From an uncultured Candidatus Binatia bacterium (GTDB lineage: Bacteria > Desulfobacterota > Binatia > UBA9968 > JAJDTQ01), in assembly GCA_965213675.1 (NCBI GenBank), contig OZ243916.1, forward strand, positions 160,001-224,000: a stretch of DNA of 64,000 nt, in the 5' to 3' direction. A program made the position numbers and the translations under genes. A model generated the notes under the pieces. It did no database searches. It was given only the letters and a program-made list of their open reading frames with translations, and had not been told where the DNA came from. This document shows positions 7,660-20,800 of the stretch, piece after piece. The stretch's first letter is position 1; the number at the start of each line of letters is the position of its first letter.

Positions 7660-9906
7660 CTACGATTCGTTCAGGGCCGCGTATACTTTCTCCGCCGTAA
7701 GCGGGAGGTCGTAGACGCGCGCGCCGGTGGCGTCGGCCACGGCATTGGCGATGGCGGCGGCGGTGGGGACGTTGGGGAGTTCGCCGATGGCCTTGCCCTG
7801 GAAGGGGACGGGGCCTTGACCCTGGTCGACGAACACGGTGTCGAGACGGGGGATGTCCTTGGCGCAGGGGAGCTTGAAGTCGCCCAGGTTGAGGGTGGTG
7901 ATCCTGCCGTCGGACATGGGGTTGTCTTCCATGAGCGCGAAGCCCACGCCGTTGACCACGCCGCCGTCGATCTGGCCCTGGTAGGTCAGGTGGTTGATGA
8001 TGCGGCCGGAGTCGTGGGCGGTGGTCATGCGCGTGACCTTCACCTGGCCGGTCTCCGGGTCCACCTCGACCTCGGCGACCTGGGCCGCGAACGAAGTGAT
8101 GGGCGGTTGGCCGTCGGGGGCGAAGAGGGTGTCGTGGTGGAATGAGCCCCCGGCCTCGGCGATGGCGGCCCGGGCCACCTCGGCGAAGGACAACTCGCCG
8201 CCCTCGGGCGCGGCAAAGCGGCCGTCCACCCGGCCCACCTGATCGGGCGCGCAGCCAAGCTTCCGGGCGGCGCACTCCACGAGCTTGGCGTGGACCTCCC
8301 GGGCGGCCTTGTGGGCGGCGTGGCCGGTGGTGTTGGTGGACTTGCTGCCGCCGGTGCCGGGATCCCAGGGCGAGTTGTCGGTATCCTCCACGCGAATGCG
8401 AATGGTCTCCGGCGCGGTGCCCAGGGTCTCGCTCACGATCTGCACGATGGCGGTGTGGATGCCGGGCCCGACGTCGGGCACGCCCACCAGGACGGTGACG
8501 GCGCCGTCTTCGTCCAGATCGATGCCGGCGTTGGCGTTGCCGCCGCCGGCGCCGCGCTCGTAGAGGGCGATGCCGCGGCCGCGGTTGGGTCCGGGCGGGC
8601 TGGTGCGCCAACCGGAAGCCTCCACCGCCTTCTCCAGCGTTTCCCTGGCCAGGATGCCGTCCCACTTGGCGCCCAGCGGCGAGGTGTCGCCGGGAACCAC
8701 CAGGTTGCGCATGCGGAAGGCCACCGGGTCGAGACCCATCTCCCTGGCGATGTGGCCCATCTGGGATTCCACCGCGAACACGATCTGCGGGCTTCCCGGC
8801 GTGCGCGTCTGGGTGCATGGCACCTGATTGGTGTAGGCGCACACGGTTTCGATGCGCACGGCCGGAATCCGGTAGTAGCTGCCCAGCCGCTTGGCCCCCA
8901 TCACCGTGATCTCGGGGTTGGCCTTCCACGCCGCGTAGGCGCCGCCGGCGAACGTCACCTTGCCCTCGATGGCCGTGAGGGTGCCGTCGTTCTTGACCCC
9001 GGTGCGCAGGGTGACCACCGCCGGATGGCGGTGGGCGGCGGTGGCGATCTCCTCGGTGTAAGTGAGCACCATGCGCACCGGCCGGCCCGTAGCCTTGGCC
9101 AGATAATAACAAACCGGCGTGTCGATCATGGATGCCTTGCCGCCGAAGTCGCCGCCCACGGAAAGGATGTGAACGTTGACCTTTTCGGGCTCCAGGCCCA
9201 GGTCCGCGCACAGCCGGTTCTTGAGCGCGAACGGTCCCTTGTTGGAGGCCCACACCTCGACGTTGCCGGAAGCATCCACCGCCACGGTGCAGGCGTGGGG
9301 CTCCAGGTAGCCGTGGTGCGCCAGTTGCGTCGCGAAGGTGTTTTCGAACACGCGGTCGGCGGCGGCGAAACCGGCGGCGAGGTCGCCGTTCCGCCACACG
9401 CTGTGGGACTGGAGGTTGGGGCGGTCGGGGTCCACGCCCTCCGCCAGCGGCGGCGCGTTCTTGTACGCCCGCGGCGCGTCGTGCAGGGCCGCGGCGCCGG
9501 GCTTCACCGCTTCCAGCGGATCATACACCCCGGGCAACTCCTCGTAGTCCACCTCGATGAGACGCAGCGCCTCGTCGGCGATCTCGGGAGTATCCGCGGC
9601 CACCGCGGCCACGGGGTCGCTCACGAACCGCACCTTGTCCCGGGCCAGCACCGGCATGTCCTTCATGCGCAGGCCCACGTACACCTCCGGCAGGTCGGCG
9701 CCCGTCAGCACCGCGTGGACCCCGGGCAGCGCCCTGGCCTGGCTGGTGTCGATGCGGCGAATGCGCGCGTGGGGCAGTGGGCTGCGCAACACCTTGGCGC
9801 AAAGGGAATCGGGTATCGGCAGGTCCGCGGCGTAGCGCGTGGCGCCGGTGACTTTTTCTGCGCCTTCGACGCGGGGCATGGATATTCCGACTGTCTGAAA
9901 GGCCAA
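7660..9906 (-). CDS. Xanthine dehydrogenase/CoxL family molybdopterin-binding subunit
   Basis: KVTGATRYAAD, LRSPLPHARI, HGYLEPH, GGDFGGK, GQIDGG, GKAIGE, AIANAVADA. Confidence 0.92.
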   Translation of the reverse strand: MAFQTVGISMPRVEGAEKVTGATRYAADLPIPDSLCAKVLRSPLPHARIRRIDTSQARALPGVHAVLTGADLPEVYVGLRMKDMPVLARDKVRFVSDPVAAVAADTPEIADEALRLIEVDYEELPGVYDPLEAVKPGAAALHDAPRAYKNAPPLAEGVDPDRPNLQSHSVWRNGDLAAGFAAADRVFENTFATQLAHHGYLEPHACTVAVDASGNVEVWASNKGPFALKNRLCADLGLEPEKVNVHILSVGGDFGGKASMIDTPVCYYLAKATGRPVRMVLTYTEEIATAAHRHPAVVTLRTGVKNDGTLTAIEGKVTFAGGAYAAWKANPEITVMGAKRLGSYYRIPAVRIETVCAYTNQVPCTQTRTPGSPQIVFAVESQMGHIAREMGLDPVAFRMRNLVVPGDTSPLGAKWDGILARETLEKAVEASGWRTSPPGPNRGRGIALYERGAGGGNANAGIDLDEDGAVTVLVGVPDVGPGIHTAIVQIVSETLGTAPETIRIRVEDTDNSPWDPGTGGSKSTNTTGHAAHKAAREVHAKLVECAARKLGCAPDQVGRVDGRFAAPEGGELSFAEVARAAIAEAGGSFHHDTLFAPDGQPPITSFAAQVAEVEVDPETGQVKVTRMTTAHDSGRIINHLTYQGQIDGGVVNGVGFALMEDNPMSDGRITTLNLGDFKLPCAKDIPRLDTVFVDQGQGPVPFQGKAIGELPNVPTAAAIANAVADATGARVYDLPLTAEKVYAALNES

Positions 9907-10016
9907 GGTTCACCTCCGGTTGATTCGTTTTCGTGCGCCGGTCGTTGGAATTCGCTGCGCCTCCCGACGCTCAGGACGAACGGCGCTATTCGGGTGCCAG
10001 CTCCTAGTTCAAGCTC

Positions 10017-11099
10017 CTAGTTCAGTATCCGGGCCGCGTTTCCGCCCAGGATCTTGCGCTTGTTCTCTTCGGTAAGCTTGTCGCTTTCCAGAATGGGGCG
10101 GGTCACCGTGCCGGGAGGGGACGAGTCCCAGTGCGGCGTGTCCGTGGCCAGCACCATGTTGTCGTCGCCGAGCATCTCCACCGCCAATTCGAAGTGTTCG
10201 TCCTCGAACGGCTCACAGCCCACGTACACCTGCCGCATGAAGTACTCGCTGGGCTTCATCTTGAGCCACGGCACCAGATGCGGCAGCTTCTCATGGTGCT
10301 CGTCCATGCGCCCCAGCCACCACGGCATCTGCGACGCGCCGGTCTCAAGGCACACGAGGTTCAGCCTGGGAAAGCGTTCGAGCACGCCGCCGCAGATGAA
10401 CGACATCATGCACACCATGGACTCGAAGACGCGGCCCACCATGTGGGAGAAGAAGAAGTTGTCGGCGAACCGCTCCTGGCCCATGGACTCGTGCTTGGTA
10501 TCGTGGATGATGATGGGCCAGCCCAGGTTCTCCAGTTCCGCGTAGATGGGGTCGTAGCAGGGGTCCCACCACTGGCGTCCGGCCACGGGCACCGCTTTCA
10601 TGTTGAGGGCCTGATTGCCCATGTCCGCCATGCGGCGAAGCTCCTGCACCGCCAAGTCCACGTCCTGCCACGGAATGACGCCGGCCCATTGCAGCCGCTC
10701 CGGGAACTCGTTGGCGTATTGCCGCATGTAGTTGTTCTCGGCGCGGCAATAGGCCGCGGCCAGCGCCGGGTCGTCCGGGAACCACACCAAGTCCAGCGCC
10801 GGCGAGTTGGGGGACAGCACCGCCACGTCGATGGCGTCCTTGTCGAGGTTCCGCACCCGCCCCCCGGCCGCCAGGTCCTCCGCGTTGTGCCACTGGGGCT
10901 TCTCGCCGCTCTGCCGGGTCACTTCCGACTGCACCATGATGCGGGTCCCCACCAGGGTCTTGCGCCGTTCGTCCGGCGCTGTCGGCAGGGGGCGCGGAAG
11001 ATGCTCCTTCCACGCATCCTCGATGCAGTCCTTCCAGTTGGCGACGTCGCCCACCAGATGGCTGTCGAGATCGATGACCTTGGTGCCGTTGATGGCCAT
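10017..11099 (-). CDS. Amidohydrolase family protein (Amidohydro_2)
   Basis: IDLDSH, IIIHD, LERFPRL...LETG, ATDTPHWD, GGNAARI. Start reset to MAINGTK (11099) after SD AAGGAGG. Confidence 0.88.
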   Translation of the reverse strand: MAINGTKVIDLDSHLVGDVANWKDCIEDAWKEHLPRPLPTAPDERRKTLVGTRIMVQSEVTRQSGEKPQWHNAEDLAAGGRVRNLDKDAIDVAVLSPNSPALDLVWFPDDPALAAAYCRAENNYMRQYANEFPERLQWAGVIPWQDVDLAVQELRRMADMGNQALNMKAVPVAGRQWWDPCYDPIYAELENLGWPIIIHDTKHESMGQERFADNFFFSHMVGRVFESMVCMMSFICGGVLERFPRLNLVCLETGASQMPWWLGRMDEHHEKLPHLVPWLKMKPSEYFMRQVYVGCEPFEDEHFELAVEMLGDDNMVLATDTPHWDSSPPGTVTRPILESDKLTEENKRKILGGNAARILN

Positions 11100-11849
11100 G
11101 GGAGTCCTCCTTTGCGGGTGGCCGCTGCCCTGTGCCGCGCGGACCGCGCGGTAGCAAGAGCGGATGGGATCGGTCCGTATACCAAGGGATTGGCTTGGGG
11201 CATACCGTCCTGGGCAAGGCCCGTGGGCGATGGGCAGCGATTCGCGGAACGGTACGCGCACCGTTGATGTTGAATAGCGTTCCTGGACGGGCAGTTCAAG
11301 GGATGGCGGACTGTCTGGTGGAGGACCCTCTGGCAACCGGAAGTCCTCTGAACCAGGGGGTTCGTGTGGGCTCGGTTCTTGACTTGTTCGCCCGTGGCGC
11401 AGCATAAACCTTCTTCCAGGACCCTTTCGGGCTTGTCGAATCGCAGCAAGAGGCAGAGAATGGCCCGGTTCGCGCGGATTCAAGGAATACGTGGGTGGCC
11501 TTGGACGAACATCCAACCACCCCTTTCCCTGCTTCGCAATTGATTCTTCATAAGCACGACAGGCTCATGACTAGGCGCCGGGAACGGACTTGCGACGGGT
11601 GCGGTGGGTTGTTGCGGTTCGTGGTCGGCAATGCGGGACACAGGGGGCTCGATGCCGATGAGCGGTGACGGTTCGGACACGAACTCAAGAGACACCACTG
11701 TTTCCTGTCGGCGGGGCGTATTGCCTCGTCGGTTGACGCATCGGCTGGGGGAAAGTGACCGCCCGGCGCACCGTGCCGCCGCATTCACCCCGCAGCTTCT
11801 CCGGCTGAGTCTCCCCTCGCGGTCGCCAGCGCCCAGGCGGCCCTCCGGC

Positions 11850-14800
11850 ATGCCCATTGCCTCGACTGCCCCGGCGCCGCTCTTGCGTGTTCCAAGCGCG
11901 TCATTCTCACGGTCACGGTTCTCACTGCCACGCGCGGGTTCCGCCATCTGGGGCCTGTTCGCTGCGCTGGCCCTGCTGCTGCTCGGCCTCGCGCCCGTAG
12001 CCTCTGCGGTCGACGACGATCCGTTGTCGGCCATGCCGGAGGTATCGATCACCGCGGGGCCGGACATCACATTGGGGCGGGAGGCGGTGTTCACGTTGAC
12101 GGCGGCCCCGGCGCCATCGGCGGCGTTGGAGGTCAAGGTGGCGGTGACCGAGACCGATTCGAGCGGCGACGCGGTGGAGAGCACGCGTCGCGTGACCATC
12201 CCGGTGGGCGGAACCGTAGAGTTGCGCCTTGGCACGCCGTACAACAAGGTCGGCGATCCCGACAATCCCGGTGACGCCGACGAACCGGACCGCAGGTACA
12301 CGGCGGCACTCGTTTCCGGGGCGGGCTACGCGGTGTCGGGCGACGCCAGCCGGGCGGAGGTGTCGGTGTTTGATCCGCCAATGGTGGTGTTCCACGACGC
12401 CAAGGGCACGGAGGGGAGCGCTCTCGTATTCACGGCCAAGCTGACGAGTCCTTCGCCTGGGGGTGTGTCGGTTTTCTGGGAGACGGCTGGTTTGTGGGAG
12501 CGGGACATGGTCCGGGAGGCGGAGGCGGGTGTGGACTACGAGACCGCCAGCGGGACGCTGGACTTCGCGTTGGGTGAGGTGGAGAAGACGCTGACGGTGG
12601 AGACGTACGACAACACCCGCAACGACGTGGACAAGCTTTTCCAGGTGAGGATGACTGGCGCGAAACGGATCATGCAAAGCAGGCGATTTCCCCACGCGGT
12701 GGGCACGATCCTGGACGATGACGATCCGGGGGTGAGTGTGCATATACACGACGCGGAGGGCGCGGAGGGGAGCGTCCTGGAGTTTTCGGTGACGTTGTCG
12801 AAGCCGTCGCCTGGGGGAGTGTGGGTCACATGGGTGACGGCGGACGGGGCGGCGAAGGCGGGTGTGGATTACGAGGCGGCCAGCGGCAGGCTGGAATTTG
12901 CGTTGGGCGAGGTGAAGAAGACGCTGTCGGTGCGGACGCTGGACGACGCTCACAATGATTCGGGCGAAACGTTCCATGTGGTGCTTGACGGCACGAAGGG
13001 CGTGAGGAACCCCCGGGTCGGCGGACGCTTCCACGCCACGGGCACTATCCTCGACGACGACAACTGGCCGTCGTTCACGCCGGAGGTTTCGGTTTCCGCC
13101 GGGTCGGACGTCACAGAGGGCGGCGACGCGGTGTTCACGCTCACCGCCGACCCGCCGCCGCAGGCGCCGCTGGCGGTCGAGGTCCAGTTCAAGGCTCCGG
13201 TCGGGGAATTCACCGCGTTGGATTCCCAGCACGCGAAAGTGGAATGGGTGACGATTCCAGCGGGCGGGACGGTGCAATGGAAGGTGTCGACCGAAGACGA
13301 CGAGACCGACGAGCCGGACGGCCTGGTCTCGGCGACGCTCGTCCCCGGCGCGGGCTACACAGTGTCCGCCACCGCTCGCCTGGCCGCGGTGGCGATCACC
13401 GACGACGACGATCCGGATGACGCGGGCGTGAGCGCCACCATCCACGACGCCCAAGCCACGGAGGGGAGCGACATCGTGTTCTCCGTCACCCTGTCGGAGC
13501 CCTCGCCGGGCGGCGTGTGGATCTCTTGGGCGACCCTTGACTGGCCGACCGCCCTGGCGGACATCGACTACGAGTCCGCCAGCGGCAGGCTGGAGTTCGC
13601 TGTGGGTGAGGTGGAGAAAACCCTGTCGGTGCGGACGCTCGGCGATAACCGCCATGAGATGGACGAGGCCTTTCATGTGGTGTTTGAGAACTCGGACGGC
13701 GTGATGAGCCCTTCGGCCGGGGGGCGCTTCCACGCCGCGGGCACCATCCTCGACGACGATCCACCCGCGATCATGCCGGAGGTTTCAGTCGTTGCCGTCG
13801 CGGACGTGACCGAAGGCGGCGACGCGGTGTTTACTTTGACGGCGGACCCGGCGCCGCCGGCGCCGCTGGCGGTCGATGTCCGGATCAATGCCCCGGCCGG
13901 GGATTTCACCGGGTTGGAACCCGGCGGTGCGGCAATCGAATGGGTGATGATTCCACCGAGCGGCACGGCGCAGTGGAAGGTGCCGACCGAAAACGACGAG
14001 ACCGACGAGCCGGACGGCTTGGTTACGGCGACGCTTGTCCCCGGCGCGGGATACACGGTGTCGTCTACCGCCCGCTTGGCCGCGGTGGCGGTCTTCGACG
14101 ATGACGATCCGGAGGCTGCGGGTGTGAGCGCCACCATCCACGACGCGCAAGCCACGGAAGGGAGCGATGTCGTGTTCTCCGTCACTCTGTCCGAGCCCTC
14201 GCCGGGCGGCGTGTGGATATCCTGGTCGACTCTTGACTGGCCGACCGCAGAGGCGGGCGTCGACTACGAGTCCGCCAGCGGCAGGCTGGAGTTCGCGGCA
14301 GGCGAGGTGGAAAAAACCCTGTCGGTGCGGACGCTCGACGATGACCACAACGAGGTGGACGAGGCCTTCCATGTGGTGTTCGACAATTCGGAGGGCGTGA
14401 CGAGTCCTTCGGCGGGTGGGCGCTTTCACGCCACGGGCATCGTCATCGACGACGACGATCCGGGTGTGAGTGCCACCATCCACGACGCGCAAGGCACGGA
14501 GGGGAGCGACATCGTATTCTCCGTCACTCTGTCGGAGCCCTCGCGGGGTGACGTGTGGATCTCTTGGGCGACTTTTGATTGGTCGTCCACCGCCGAGGCG
14601 GGCATCGACTACGAGTTCGCCAGCGGCAGGCTGGAGTTCGCGGCAGGCGAAGTGAAGAAGACCCTGTCCGTGCGGACGCTCGACGACGACCGCCATGAGG
14701 CAGACGAAGTTTTCCATGTGGTGTTTGGCGGTACGAAGGGCGTGAGGAACGCTCAGGTCAGCGGGCGTTTCAACGCCACTGGCACCATCATTGACGACGA

Positions 14801-17800
14801 TCCGGTGGTGCCGGAGGTTACGATCACGGGCGGCGCGGACGTAACGGAGGGCGGCGATGCGCTGTTCACATTGAAGGCGGCCCCGGCGCCGGTGGCGGCG
14901 CTGACGGTGGAGGTTCATTTGAAGGCGCCGACGGGGGAGTTCACGGCGTTGGCGTCTGACGGGGCGAAGGTGGAGCGCGTGACGATACCGACGGGCGGGA
15001 CGGCGCAATTGAAGGTGGCGACCATCGACGACACGACGGACGAGCCTGACGGGTCGGTCAGTGCGACGCTGGTGGCGGGGGAGGGGTACACGGTGTCGGC
15101 GACGGCGGGGCAGGCTGCGGTGTCGGTACTGGACAACGATGACCCGGCGCCGGTGGTGCCGGAGGTTACGATCACGGGCGGCGCGGACGTAACGGAGGGC
15201 GGCGATGCGCTGTTCACATTGAAGGCGGCACCGGCGCCGGTGGCGGCGCTGACGGTGGAGGTTCATTTGAAGGCGCCGACGGGGGAGTTCACGGCGTTGG
15301 CGTCTGACGGGGCGAAGGTGGAGCGCGTGACGATACCGACGGGCGGGACGGCGCAATTGAAGGTGGCGACCATCGACGACACGACGGACGAGCCTGACGG
15401 GTCGGTCAGCGCGACGCTGGTGGCGGGGGATGGTTACACGGTGTCGGCGACGGCGGGGCAGGCTGCGGTGCCGGTACTGGACAACGATGACCCGGCGCCG
15501 GTGGTGCCGGAGGTTACGATCACGGGCGGCGCGGACGTAACGGAGGGCGGCGATGCGCTGTTCACATTGAAGGCGGCACCGGCGCCGGTGGCGGCGCTGA
15601 CGGTGGAGGTTCATTTGAAGGCGCCGACGGGGGAGTTCACGGCGTTGGCGTCTGACGGGGCGAAGGTGGAGCGCGTGACGATACCGACGGGCGGGACGGC
15701 GCAATTGAAGGTGGCGACCATCGACGACACGACGGACGAGCCTGACGGGTCGGTCAGCGCGACGCTGGTGGCGGGGGATGGTTACACGGTGTCGGCGACG
15801 GCGGGGCAGGCTGCGGTGTCGGTACTGGACAACGATGACCCGGCGCCGGTGGTGCCGGAGGTTACGATCACGGGCGGCGCGGACGTAACGGAGGGCGGCG
15901 ATGCGCTGTTCACATTGAAGGCGGCACCGGGGCCTGCGGCGGCGCTGACGGTGGAGGTTCATTTGAAGGCGCCGACAGGGGAGTTCACGGCGTTGGCGTC
16001 CGACGGGGCGAAGGTGGAGCGCGTGACGATACCGACGGGCGGGACGGCGCAATTGAAGGTGGCGACCATCGACGACACGACGGACGAGCCTGACGGGTCG
16101 GTCAGCGCGACGCTGGTGGCGGGGGATGGTTACACGGTGTCGGCGACGGCGGGGCAGGCTGCGGTGTCGGTACTGGACAACGATGACCCGGCGCCGGTGG
16201 TGCCGGAGGTTACGATCACGGGCGGCGCGGACGTAACGGAGGGCGGCGATGCGCTGTTCACATTGAAGGCGGCACCGGCGCCTGCGGCGGCGCTGACGGT
16301 GGAGGTTCATTTGAAGGCGCCGACGGGGGAGTTCACGGCGCTGGCGTCCGACGGGGCGAAGGTGGAGCGCGTGACGATACCGACGGGCGGGACGGCGCAA
16401 TTGAAGGTGGCGACCATCGACGACACGACGGATGAGCCTGACGGGTCGGTCAGCGCGACGCTGGTGGCGGGGGATGGTTACACGGTGTCGGCGACGGCGG
16501 GGCAGGCTGCGGTGTCGGTTCTGGACAACGATGACCCGGCGCCGGTGGTGCCGGAGGTTACGATCACGGGCGGCGCGGACGTAACGGAGGGCGGCGATGC
16601 GCTGTTCACATTGAAGGCGGCACCGGCGCCTGCGGCGGCGCTGACGGTGGAGGTTCATTTGAAGGCGCCGACGGGGGAGTTCACGGCGCTGGCGTCCGAC
16701 GGGGCGAAGGTGGAGCGCGTGACGATACCGACGGGCGGGACGGCGCAATTGAAGGTGGCGACCATCGACGACACGACGGACGAGCCTGACGGGTCGGTCA
16801 GCGCGACGCTGGTGGCGGGGGAGGGGTACACGGTGTCGGCGACGGCGGGGCAGGCTGCGGTGTCGGTTCTCGACAACGATGACCCGGCGCCGGTGGTGCC
16901 GGAGGTTACGATCACGGGCGGCGCGGACGTAACGGAGGGCGGCGATGCGCTGTTCACATTGAAGGCGGCCCCGGCGCCTGCGGCGGCGCTGACGGTGGAG
17001 GTTCATTTGAAGGCGCCGACGGGGGAGTTCACGGCGCTGGTGTCCGACGGGGCGAAGGTGGAGCGCGTGACGATACCGACGGGCGGGACGGCGCAATTGA
17101 AGGTGGCGACCATCGACGACACGACGGACGAGCCTGACGGGTCGGTCAGCGCGACGCTGGTGGCGGGGGAGGGTTACACGGTGTCGGCGACGGCGGGGCA
17201 GGCTGCGGTGTCGGTTCTCGACAACGATGACCCGGCGCCGGTGGTGCCGGAGGTTACGATCACGGGCGGCGCGGACGTAACGGAGGGCGGCGATGCGCTG
17301 TTCACATTGAAGGCGGCCCCGGCGCCTGCGGCGGCGCTGACGGTGGAGGTTCATTTGAAGGCGCCGACGGGGGAGTTCACGGCGCTGGCGTCCGACGGGG
17401 CGAAGGTGGAGCGCGTGACGATACCGACGGGCGGGACGGCGCAATTGAAGGTGGCGACCATCGACGACACGACGGACGAGCCTGACGGGTCGGTCAGCGC
17501 GACGCTGGTGGCGGGGGATGGTTACACGGTGTCGGCGACGGCGGGGCAGGCTGCGGTGTCGGTTCTCGACAACGATGACCCGGCGCCGGTGGTGCCGGAG
17601 GTTACGATCACGGGCGGCGCGGACGTAACGGAGGGCGGCGATGCGCTGTTCACATTGAAGGCGGCACCGGCGCCTGCGGCGGCGCTGACGGTGGAGGTTC
17701 ATTTGAAGGCGCCGACGGGGGAGTTCACGGCGCTGGCGTCCGACGGGGCGAAGGTGGAGCGCGTGACGATACCGACGGGCGGGACGGCGCAATTGAAGGT

Positions 17801-20800
17801 GGCGACCATCGACGACACGACGGATGAGCCTGACGGGTCGGTCAGCGCGACGCTGGTGGCGGGGGATGGTTACACGGTGTCGGCGACGGCGGGGCAGGCT
17901 GCGGTGCCGGTTCTCGACAACGATGACCCGGCGCCGGTGGTGCCGGAGGTTACGATCACGGGCGGCGCGGACGTAACGGAGGGCGGCGATGCGCTGTTCA
18001 CATTGAAGGCGGCACCGGCGCCTGCGGCGGCGCTGACGGTGGAGGTTCATTTGAAGGCGCCGACGGGGGAGTTCACGGCGTTGGCGTCCGACGGGGCGAA
18101 GGTGGAGCGCGTGACGATACCGACGGGCGGGACGGCGCAATTGAAGGTGGCGACCATCGACGACACGACGGACGAGCCTGACGGGTCGGTCAGCGCGACG
18201 CTGGTGGCGGGGGATGATTACACGGTGTCGGCGACGGCGGGGCAGGCTGCGGTGTCGGTTCTCGACAACGATGACCCGGCGCCGGAGGTATCGATCACCG
18301 CGGGGCCGGACATCACATTGGGGCGGGAGGCGGTGTTCACGCTGACGGCGGCCCCGGCGCCATCGGCGGCGTTGGAGGTCAAGGTGGCGGTGACCGAGAC
18401 CGATTCGAGCGGCGACGCGGTGGAGAGCACGCGTCGCGTGACCATCCCGGTGGGCGGAACCGTAGAGTTGCGCCTTGGCACGCCGTACAACAAGGTTGGC
18501 GACCCGGACAATCCTGGTGACGCCGACGAACCGGACCGCAGGTACACGGCGGCACTCGTTTCCGGGGCGGGCTACGCGGTGTCGGGCGACGCCAGCCGGG
18601 CGGAGGTGTCGGTGTTTGATCCGCCAATGGTGGTGTTCCACGACGCCAAGGGCACGGAGGGGAGCGCTCTCGTATTCACGGCCAAGCTGACGAGTCCTTC
18701 GCCTGGGGGTGTGTCGGTTTTCTGGGAGACGGCTGGTTTGTGGGAGCGGGACATGGTCCGGGAGGCGGAGGCGGGTGTGGACTACGAGACCGCCAGCGGG
18801 ACGCTGGACTTCGCGTTGGGTGAGGTGGAGAAGACGCTGACGGTGGAGACGTACGACAACACCCGCAACGACGTGGACAAGCTTTTCCAGGTGAGGATGA
18901 CTGGCGCGAAACGGATCATGCAAAGCAGGCGATTTCCCCACGCGGTGGGCACGATCCTGGACGATGACGATCCGGGGGTGAGTGTGCATATACACGACGC
19001 GGAGGGCGCGGAGGGGAGCGTCCTGGAGTTTTCGGTGACGTTGTCGAAGCCGTCGCCTGGGGGAGTGTGGGTCACATGGGTGACGGCGGACGGGGCGGCG
19101 AAGGCGGGTGTGGATTACGAGGCGGCCAGCGGCAGGCTGGAATTTGCGTTGGGCGAGGTGAAGAAGACGCTGTCGGTGCGGACGCTGGACGACGCTCACA
19201 ATGATTCGGGCGAAACGTTCCATGTGGTGCTTGACGGCACGAAGGGCGTGAGGAACCCCCGGGTCGGCGGACGCTTCAAAGCCACGGGCACTATCCTCAA
19301 CCACGATCCCATGCCCAAGGCCTATATGGCCCGTTTCGGGCGTGCGGTGGCCGAGCAAGCGCTCGACGCCATCGCGAATCGCCTGGAGGCGCCGCGCAGG
19401 GACGGCTTCGAGGCCCGGTTTGCCGGTTACTCGCTCGCGGTGGGCGCGCCAGTGATTGACGCAGCGAATCGTCCGCCGAGCCGCGGCGCGATGGCGCATC
19501 CGCCCGGTATGGCGCCACACAGGGTCGGCGACAGCGTCACGAGACTGAACAGCGCCCCCCATGGCGCCATGGGCGTGAACCTCGGCCACAGGCTCGCGGG
19601 TAGCGCGTTCACGCTGACCGGTAGCGAAGCCGCCGAGGGGGGTAGCGTCGCATTCTGGGGCCGGGGCGCACAAACCCGCTTCGACAGCCGCGACGGCACG
19701 CTCGATCTCGAAGGAGAAATCGCCACCGCCCTGCTCGGCGCGGATTACGCGAAAGACAACTGGCTCGTCGGCGTGACGCTTGCGCACAGCCGGGGCGACG
19801 GCGATTACCGCGACGGGGCCGTTGCAGACCGCATGCCGGCAAATGGCGGTTCCGCGGTCAGATCCGGAATGGACCGATCCGTGGAGACCTCGTTGACGGC
19901 GGCGATTCCCTATGCGGCTTGGCGCGGCTCGGAGCGTTTGCAGGTCTGGGGCGCCACCGGCTACGGCAGGGGCAGGGCGACGCTCGTCCCCGGCGCTGGC
20001 CCGGCGATCAGGACGGACATGGACTGGACGATGGCGGCGGCGGGCCTGAGAAGCGCGCAGATTCTACCCGCCGCGGGCGGCGGCCCCTCGCTGGCGCTGG
20101 TTTCCGATGCGCTTTGGGCGCGCACGACGGCCGAAGCCGCCACCGGCCTCGCGGCAGCGGACGCCGGAGTGACGCGGTTGCGGCTCGGCTTGGAGGGAGG
20201 CTGGGCGTTCAACCTTGGCGACGGCACACTGAAGCCGAAGCTCGAACTCGGCGCCCGTCACGACGCCGGCGACGCCGAGACCGGTTTCGGGGTGGAACTC
20301 GGCGGCGGCCTTGCCTGGGTCGATTGGAATCGCGGCCTGCGCATCGAAATCGACGGCCGCACGCTGGTTGCGCATGCGGACAGTGGGTTCGAAGACCATG
20401 GGTTTTCGGCTTCCCTTGCCTACGACCCGACGCCGGACTCGGCGCGCGGGCTGTCGCTGACCCTACGCCAGGTTGCCGGCGCACCGGCCAAGGGCGGCCT
20501 CGACGCACTGTTCTCGAACAATCCGCTTGGGCATCGTCATGGCGGCGTGTTCGGCCAGGTTTACGCCGCGCGCTGGTCCACCGAGGCCGCCTACGGCCTG
20601 CCCGCGTTCGGCGGGAGGTTCACCGGTAGCCCGCATGTGGGCTACGGCACCTCAGCCTTTGGCCGCGACCTGAGCGTGGGCTGGCGGCTGACGCCGGCCC
20701 ATGGCGGCCCGGCCCTCTCGCTCGGGGCGCTGCTCACGCGGCGGGAGGCTGTGGCTGCAGCGCTGGAGTACGGCGTCGGCGTGGAGGCCAGGGCCCGGTG

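Noticed and set aside
11100-11849. Extended N-termini of the amidohydrolase (to 11516) and the giant protein (from 11604), or an ncRNA here
   Set aside because: The extensions are low-complexity and not protein-like, and I could not recognise an RNA family; treated as a divergent promoter region.
14811-18281. Possible CRISPR array or DGR template/variable repeat
   Set aside because: Units are 348 bp, coding and spacer-free; the few differences between copies are not adenine-specific; no cas or reverse transcriptase gene is in the window.
13785-19787. 2000-aa antisense ORF (also 11922..13733) over the giant gene
   Set aside because: Arg/His-rich shadow frame caused by GC-biased codons and the tandem repeats; the + strand protein has clear domains.
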